A stretch of DNA of 64,000 nucleotides from the NCBI GenBank assembly GCA_032654565.1, contig JAULAX010000017.1:192001-256000 (forward strand), read 5' to 3'. The translations under genes and the position numbers were made by a program. The DNA is from Anaeromyxobacteraceae bacterium (GTDB lineage: Bacteria; Myxococcota; Myxococcia; Myxococcales; Anaeromyxobacteraceae). The notes under the pieces were generated by a model. It searched no databases and was not told where the DNA came from. It saw nothing but the letters and a program-made list of their open reading frames with translations. Positions 56,897-64,000 of the stretch are shown piece after piece (within the stretch, counting starts at the first letter, position 1; each line of letters opens with the position of its first letter).

Positions 56897-57155
56897 CGGC
56901 CGGGACACCCCCGTCCAAGACAGTCGCCAACGACGCACCGGGGAGGTATACAACCGCCAACCTGCAGGACCCGCGGTGGCTGCCCAGAGGCCGGGCGCGG
57001 GCGAACGGCAACTTCACAGGCGCGCGTGCCATCAACCCAGGACGGCTCTTCCACGGTCACCCGACGGGTACCACCGAGGCGAAGGGCGGCTCAGGGCGGT
57101 GGGGTTCGGTCCACATGGACTGGGTGATGAGCCAGGCGCCGAGCGAGCAGACACC

Positions 57156-58322
<1,167 letters not shown>

Positions 58323-58353
58323 CGGCCCGCGCCCGACTGATCGGAGAACGACC

Positions 58354-59400
58354 ATGAGCATCCTCGTCGACAAGAACACCCGCGTCCTCGTCCAGGGCAT
58401 CACCGGCTCGGCCGGCGGCTTCCACGCAGAGCAGATGCTGGTCTACGGCACCCAGGTGGTGGCCGGGGTCACGCCGGGCCGCGGCGGCACCAGGTTCCAC
58501 GGGAAGGTCCCCATCTTCCAGACCGTCCAGGACGCGGTGCGGGAGACCGGGGCCACCGCCTCGGCCATCTTCGTCCCGCCCCCCTTCGCCGCCGACTCGA
58601 TCATCGAGGCGGCCGAGGCCGGCATCCCCCTGGTGGTCTGCATCACCGAGGGCATCCCCATCCTCGACATGGTGCGGGTGCGGCGCTACCTGGCCGGCAA
58701 GCCGGGGGTCCGGCTCATCGGGCCCAACTGCCCCGGGCTGATCACGCCCGACCAGTGCAAGATCGGCATCATGCCCGGCCACATCCACAAGCCCGGGCGC
58801 ATCGGCGTGGTCTCGCGCTCCGGCACGCTCACCTACGAGGCGGTCAAGCAGCTCTCCGACCTGGGGCTGGGGCAGTCCACGGCGGTGGGCATCGGCGGCG
58901 ACCCGGTCCACGGCACCGACTTCATCGACGTGCTGCGCGAGTTCGAGGCCGACCCGGAGACCGACGCCGTCATCATGATCGGCGAGATCGGAGGCACCGA
59001 GGAGGAGCAGGGGGCCGCCTTCGTCCGCGACCACATGACCAAGCCGGTGGTCGGCTTCATCGCCGGCCGCACCGCCCCTCCGGGCAAGCGGATGGGCCAC
59101 GCCGGCGCCGTCATCTCCGGCGGGTCGGGCACGGCCGAGGCCAAGATCGAGGCCATGCGGGAGGCCGGCATCAGCGTCTGCGAAGGGCCGCACGTGCTCG
59201 GCAAGGTGATGAAGGAGCGGCTCGGCAAGGGGGGCAAGCCGGCCCGCCCGGCCGAGGTGAAGCCGGTCGCGGTCAAGCCGGCCACCGCCAGGCCCGCGGT
59301 CAAGCCGGTCGCGGTCAAGGCGCCTGCCGCCAAGCCGGCGGCCAAGCTGGTCAAGCCCAGGCCGGCCGCGCCGGCCAAGGGCGCGAAGAAGAAGTCCTAG
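58354..59400 (+). CDS. sucD: Succinyl-CoA synthetase alpha subunit with basic C-terminal tail
   Basis: [22 protein letters not shown]; Lys/Ala/Pro-rich extension. Confidence 0.96.
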   Translation: MSILVDKNTRVLVQGITGSAGGFHAEQMLVYGTQVVAGVTPGRGGTRFHGKVPIFQTVQDAVRETGATASAIFVPPPFAADSIIEAAEAGIPLVVCITEGIPILDMVRVRRYLAGKPGVRLIGPNCPGLITPDQCKIGIMPGHIHKPGRIGVVSRSGTLTYEAVKQLSDLGLGQSTAVGIGGDPVHGTDFIDVLREFEADPETDAVIMIGEIGGTEEEQGAAFVRDHMTKPVVGFIAGRTAPPGKRMGHAGAVISGGSGTAEAKIEAMREAGISVCEGPHVLGKVMKERLGKGGKPARPAEVKPVAVKPATARPAVKPVAVKAPAAKPAAKLVKPRPAAPAKGAKKKS

Positions 59401-59472
59401 CGGTCCCAACCCACGGGCCGGGCGCCGGGGGATCCTCCCGGCGCCGGCCCGAACCTGTCCGAGGAGCAGCAC

Positions 59473-59916
59473 ATGGCCACCGAACGCACCCTGTCCATCA
59501 TCAAGCCCGACGGCGTCGAGAAGGGGATCATCGGCAAGATCATCTCCCGCTTCGAGTCGAACGGCCTCAAGCCCATCGCCCTGCGCCTGACCCACCTGTC
59601 GAAGCGGGAGGCCGAGGGCTTCTACGCGGTCCACAAGGCCCGCCCGTTCTTCAACGATCTTGTCACCTTCATGACCAGCGGCCCGGTGGTGCTGATGGTG
59701 CTCGAGGGCGAGAACGCCGTCCTCAAGAACCGGGAGATCATGGGGGCCACCGACCCGAAGAAGGCGGCCGAAGGGACCATCCGCAAGGACTTCGCCACCG
59801 ACATCGAGAAGAACACCGTCCATGGTTCGGACAGCCCCGAGAACGCCCGGATCGAGGTCTCCTACTACTTCCCCGAGGTGCAGGTGCACCCCTATGACTG
59901 GAAGAAGCTGACCTAA
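59473..59916 (+). CDS. ndk: Nucleoside diphosphate kinase
   Basis: [19 protein letters not shown]. Confidence 0.97.
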   Translation: MATERTLSIIKPDGVEKGIIGKIISRFESNGLKPIALRLTHLSKREAEGFYAVHKARPFFNDLVTFMTSGPVVLMVLEGENAVLKNREIMGATDPKKAAEGTIRKDFATDIEKNTVHGSDSPENARIEVSYYFPEVQVHPYDWKKLT

Positions 59917-60043
59917 CCGACCGTCATCACTCAGGCTCCCGGCGTGGCGCCCCCGATGGGTGTCACGCCGGGCACGTCTTCGCGGTAGACTCCGTGTGCC
60001 CGTCCCGGTCCCGGGGCGGGCATCGTCGTTTCTGGAGGCCCGG

Positions 60044-61435
60044 GTGTTGAGCGTCGTGGAGGGGTGGAAGTGGATGCTGGGCCTGGCCTTCCTGGTCGGC
60101 TCGGCCTTCTTCTCGTCCACCGAGACCGCCTTGACCGCGCTCGGCGAGGCCCGCGCCCGCCAGCTGCACGAGAGCGGGGGCCGGCGCACCCGCTTCCTCT
60201 CGGTCTGGATCGAGCAGCCGGAGCGGGTGCTCTCCACGCTGCTCATCGGCAATACCCTGGCCGCCATCGGCGTCGGCGCCCTCTCCGCCTCGGTGGCCGC
60301 CGACCTGGTGGCCGGCAACCGCGGCTGGGTGGAGGGGACGGCGGTGGCCTTCGCCACCGCGATCACCACCGTCGTGGTCCTCTTCTTCGGGGAGATCGTG
60401 CCGAAGACCCTGGCCAAGCGCCGGCCCGTCCACCTGGCGCTGGCCACCATCCCGGTCATCCGCTTCCTGACCTGGCTGCTCTGGCCGGTCACCGGCGCCA
60501 CCTCCCGCGCCGCCTCGGCCTTCATGCGCCTCTTCGGCGGCGGGGCCTCGGCCGTCACCCCCCCGGTCACCAGCGCGGAGATCGAGTACCTCATCGAGAT
60601 GGGGACGCGCGAGGGGGTGCTCGACGAGGTCAAGGAGGAGCTGCTCAACAGCGTCCTCGAGTTCGCCGACCGGGTGGTCAAGGAGATCATGGTCCCCCGG
60701 ACCAGGCTGGTGGCCATCGACCGCGACGCCTCGCCCGAGGAGCTCACCCGGATCGTCACCGAGAACCCCTACAGCCGCATGCCGGTCTTCCAGGGGACGG
60801 TGGACAACATCGTCGGCATCCTCATGGTGCGGGAGATCGTCCTGGAGCTGCGCCGCGGCCCCATCCAGGCGGTCGGCCTCGACGGCCACCTCCGCCCCGC
60901 CTTCTTCGTCCCCGAGCAGATGAAGATCTCCCGCCTGCTCAAGGAGATGCAGCGCCGCCACGTCCACCTGGCCATCGTGGTCGACGAGTTCGGCGGCACC
61001 AGCGGCATCGCCACCCTCGAGGACGTCCTCGAGGAGATCGTCGGGGAGATCCAGGACGAGGGGGACGCCGAGGCGGCGCCGGTCAAGGCGGTGGGGGAGG
61101 GGGTCTGGCTGGCCGAGGCCACCATCCCGCTCCACGAGCTGGAGGAGTACCTGAACCGGCACGGGGCCCCTGCGGCGACAGGGGACGACGACGAGCCCGG
61201 CGAGATCCACTTCCCGGAGGAGGGCGACTACGAGACCCTGGGGGGCTTCGTCACCGCCACCGCGGGGCGGGTCCCGCCGGTCGGCTCGGTGATCGCCTGG
61301 GACGGCCTGGCCTTCACGGTCCGGGGCGGCGACGAGCGGCGGGTCACCCGGGTGGAGATCGCTCGCCGCGACCCCGAGGCGCCGCCGCCGGTCGAAAGCC
61401 CGTCGCGCCCGGGCCGGCAGGCGGTCGCCCCGTGA
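60044..61435 (+). CDS. HlyC/CorC family CNNM-CBS protein
   Basis: FFSSTETAL, FFGEIVPKTLA, IMVPRT, IVVDEFGGTSGIATLEDVLEEIVGEIQDE; start uncertain. Confidence 0.9.
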   Translation: MLSVVEGWKWMLGLAFLVGSAFFSSTETALTALGEARARQLHESGGRRTRFLSVWIEQPERVLSTLLIGNTLAAIGVGALSASVAADLVAGNRGWVEGTAVAFATAITTVVVLFFGEIVPKTLAKRRPVHLALATIPVIRFLTWLLWPVTGATSRAASAFMRLFGGGASAVTPPVTSAEIEYLIEMGTREGVLDEVKEELLNSVLEFADRVVKEIMVPRTRLVAIDRDASPEELTRIVTENPYSRMPVFQGTVDNIVGILMVREIVLELRRGPIQAVGLDGHLRPAFFVPEQMKISRLLKEMQRRHVHLAIVVDEFGGTSGIATLEDVLEEIVGEIQDEGDAEAAPVKAVGEGVWLAEATIPLHELEEYLNRHGAPAATGDDDEPGEIHFPEEGDYETLGGFVTATAGRVPPVGSVIAWDGLAFTVRGGDERRVTRVEIARRDPEAPPPVESPSRPGRQAVAP

Positions 61436-62574
61436 GCGAGGGCGGGCCGCTCCCGGAGCTCCGCTCGCTCTCCGGCGAGGCCCTGGCGGCGCTGGTGGCG
61501 CGGCTGGGTGAGAAGCCCTTCCGCGCCCGCCAGCTCTTCCGCTGGCTGCACCGGAACGGCGCCGCCACCCTCGAGGAGATGACCGACCTGCCCCGGCCGC
61601 TGCGGGCGGCGCTGGGGGCGGCCGGCACCCTGGTGACCCTGGAGCGGGCCACCGAGCAGCGCTCCAGCGACGGCACCATCAAGTGGACCTGGCGGACCGG
61701 GGACGGGAAGCTCATCGAGTCGGTCTACATGCCGGAGACCGACCGCAAGACCCTCTGCGTCTCCTCGCAGGTGGGCTGCGCCCTCGGCTGCACCTTCTGC
61801 ATGACCGGCACCATGGGGCTGGCCCGGAACCTGACCGCCGGCGAGATCGTCGACCAGGTCCACCGCGCCAACCGCCGCCTGGTGGAGCTGGGGGAGGGGC
61901 CGGGGCCGCGGCCGCTCACCAACCTGGTCTTCATGGGGATGGGCGAGCCGCTCCACAACTTCGAGCAGCTCAAGGCGGCGCTCGAGCTGCTGCTCCACGA
62001 GGACGGCCCCAACTTCTCCCACCGCCACGTCACCGTCTCGACCAGCGGCCTGGTGCCGGTGATGCGCCGGCTCGGCGAGGAGACCCAGGTGAAGCTGGCG
62101 GTCTCGCTCAACGCCACCACCGACGCCCAGCGCGACCTGATCATGCCCATCAACAAGCGCTGGCCCATCGCCGCGCTGCTGGCCGCCTGTCGGACCTTCC
62201 CCATGAAGCAGGGGCGGCGCATCACCTTCGAGTACGTGCTGCTCGACGGCGTCAACGACACCGACGCCGACGCCCAGCGGCTGGCCCGGCTGGTGGCCGG
62301 GATCCCGGCCAAGGTCAACCTCATCCCCTACAACGACAACCCCGGCCTGGGCTTCCGGGCCCCGGCCCCGGGACGGGTCGAGGCCTTCCACCGCATCCTC
62401 TTCGACCGGAACATCACCGCGGTGATCCGCAAGAACCGGGGGAGCGACATCGCCGCCGCCTGCGGCCAGCTGGCCGCCGAGGGAGGGCCCGGGGACCCGC
62501 GCCGCCGCGGCGCGGCCGTCGCCCCGGGCGCCGGCATCGAGTCGTTGACCGGCCCCGGGGCGCCGGGCTACTGA
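61432..62574 (+). CDS. rlmN: Dual-specificity RNA methyltransferase RlmN (radical SAM)
   Basis: CVSSQVGCALGCTFC, FMGMGEPL, DIAAACGQL. Confidence 0.95.
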   Translation: MSEGGPLPELRSLSGEALAALVARLGEKPFRARQLFRWLHRNGAATLEEMTDLPRPLRAALGAAGTLVTLERATEQRSSDGTIKWTWRTGDGKLIESVYMPETDRKTLCVSSQVGCALGCTFCMTGTMGLARNLTAGEIVDQVHRANRRLVELGEGPGPRPLTNLVFMGMGEPLHNFEQLKAALELLLHEDGPNFSHRHVTVSTSGLVPVMRRLGEETQVKLAVSLNATTDAQRDLIMPINKRWPIAALLAACRTFPMKQGRRITFEYVLLDGVNDTDADAQRLARLVAGIPAKVNLIPYNDNPGLGFRAPAPGRVEAFHRILFDRNITAVIRKNRGSDIAAACGQLAAEGGPGDPRRRGAAVAPGAGIESLTGPGAPGY

Positions 62575-62617
62575 GGGCGTCCACGCGCCCGCAGCCCGCG
62601 GCGCCCGAGAGGCATCC

Positions 62618-63553
62618 ATGTCACTGCTGGTGGTCGGCTCCGTCGCGCTCGACTCGCTCGAGACCCCCTTCGGTCGCCGCGAGGAGATCCTCGGCGGCTC
62701 GGCCTCCTACTTCTCCACCTGCGCCGGCTTCTTCGGCCCCACCCGGGTGGTGGCGGTGGTGGGCGAGGACTTCCCCGAGGAGCACGTGCGCTTCCTGGCC
62801 TCCCGGGGCGCCGACCTGGCCGGCCTGGTCCGGCAGCCGGGGAAGACCTTCCGCTGGAAGGGGCGGTACGACTTCGACCTCAACACCGCCCACACCCTCG
62901 ACACCCAGCTCAACGTGCTGGCCGGCTTCGCCCCGGTGCTGCCCGCCGGCTGGCGCGACACCGACTTCGTCTTCCTCGGCAACATCGACCCCGACCTGCA
63001 GCTGTCGGTGCTCGACCAGGTGACGGCGCCGAGGTTCGTGGCCTGCGACACCATGAACTTCTGGATCGACTCGAAGCGGGAGCGGCTGCTCGAGGTGCTG
63101 AAGCGGGTCGACCTGCTCTTCGTCAACGACGCCGAGGCGCGCCAGCTGGCCGGGGAGCACAACGTCATCAAGGCGGCCCGGGCCATCCTCGGCTTCGGCC
63201 CCCGGGCGGTGGTGGTGAAGCGGGGCGAGTACGGCTCGCTCTTCTTCTCCGGCCCCGAGGTCTTCGCCGCCTCGGCCTACCCGCTGCTCGACGTCTTCGA
63301 TCCCACCGGGGCCGGCGACAGCTTCGCCGGCGGCTTCATGGGCTACCTGGCGCGCTCCGGCGTGGTGAACCCGGCGGTGCTGCGACGGGCCATCGTGGTG
63401 GGGAGCGTGGTGGCCAGCTTCACGGTCGAGCAGTTCAGCCTCGACCGGCTGCGGACCCTGACCGCCGCCGAGATCAGGGCCCGCTACGCCGAGGCGCGCC
63501 AGCTGGCGCACTTCGACGACCTGGAGCCGGATCTCTTCGCGCCAGAACGTTGA
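62618..63553 (+). CDS. PfkB-family carbohydrate/nucleoside kinase
   Basis: LGGSASY, FVNDAEA, DPTGAGDSFAGG. Confidence 0.9.
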   Translation: MSLLVVGSVALDSLETPFGRREEILGGSASYFSTCAGFFGPTRVVAVVGEDFPEEHVRFLASRGADLAGLVRQPGKTFRWKGRYDFDLNTAHTLDTQLNVLAGFAPVLPAGWRDTDFVFLGNIDPDLQLSVLDQVTAPRFVACDTMNFWIDSKRERLLEVLKRVDLLFVNDAEARQLAGEHNVIKAARAILGFGPRAVVVKRGEYGSLFFSGPEVFAASAYPLLDVFDPTGAGDSFAGGFMGYLARSGVVNPAVLRRAIVVGSVVASFTVEQFSLDRLRTLTAAEIRARYAEARQLAHFDDLEPDLFAPER

Positions 63554-63599
63554 CGCTGCTTCGGCCCGGCGGCTACCATCGGGGCTTCAACGAGGTCGA

Positions 63600-64000
63600 A
63601 TGCGCGTCGCCATCCTGAGCGACATCCACTCCAACCTGGAGGCGCTGAGCGCGGCGCTGGCGGTCGTCGACCGCGAGCGGCCGGACCGCGTCGTCTGCCT
63701 GGGCGACGTGGTCGGCTACGGCGCCAGCGTCAACGAGTGCTGCGAGCTGGTCCGGGCCCGGTCGATGGTGACCCTGCTGGGCAACCACGACGCCGCGGTG
63801 TCCGGCCGCATGGACTACAGCTTCTATTACGACGCCGCCCGGCACGCCCTGGACTGGACCGCCAGCCGCATCGAGCCGGACCACCTCGAGTGGCTGCGCA
63901 CCCTCCCGTACTCCCACCGCGAAGAGGGGCTCTGCTTCAGCCACGGGTCCCCGGTGGAGCCGCAGGCCTACGACTACGTCTTCGCCCTGGAGCAGGCCCG
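63600..64000 (+). CDS. Metallophosphoesterase (runs off window)
   Basis: Manual translation MRVAILSDIHSNLEAL...LGDVVGYG...LGNHD...FSHGSP. Confidence 0.9.
   Translation, partial: MRVAILSDIHSNLEALSAALAVVDRERPDRVVCLGDVVGYGASVNECCELVRARSMVTLLGNHDAAVSGRMDYSFYYDAARHALDWTASRIEPDHLEWLRTLPYSHREEGLCFSHGSPVEPQAYDYVFALEQA

Overview
High-GC window, most likely from an Anaeromyxobacter-like member of the Myxococcota (inferred from gene content, protein style and a Myxococcus-type LexA box). Most of it is core genome. In order: dnaK, a RimK-like gene with a complete ISKra4/IS256-like IS at its stop codon, rlmB, the tRNA-Thr-Tyr-Gly-Thr-tuf-rpmG-tRNA-Trp-secE-nusG-rplKAJL-rpoBC cluster, a compact RpoH-like sigma factor, a stand-alone FliH/FliI/FliJ-like trio, psuG, an RNase D-family gene, a lytic transglycosylase, a CAP protein, dciA, regBA, thioredoxin, an imuA-imuB-dnaE2 mutagenesis cassette, nrdJ, lepA-lepB, pyrRBC-carA, icd-mdh-sucCD-ndk, a CBS/CorC protein, rlmN, a PfkB kinase and a phosphoesterase. 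The most unusual region is 34.2-42.8 kb. The SOS mutasome operon is split by a beta-lactamase-family lipoprotein gene, and a 59-bp LexA-box promoter is duplicated in front of imuB. dnaE2 carries an in-frame 117-bp palindromic insertion, and a cluster of REP-like hairpins with compensatory stem changes follows the cassette. Other oddities are the orphan export-ATPase module, a signal peptidase I lacking its catalytic Lys, a histone-H1-like tail on SucD and several apparently leaderless genes. All family assignments come from motif recognition by eye; no database searches were run.
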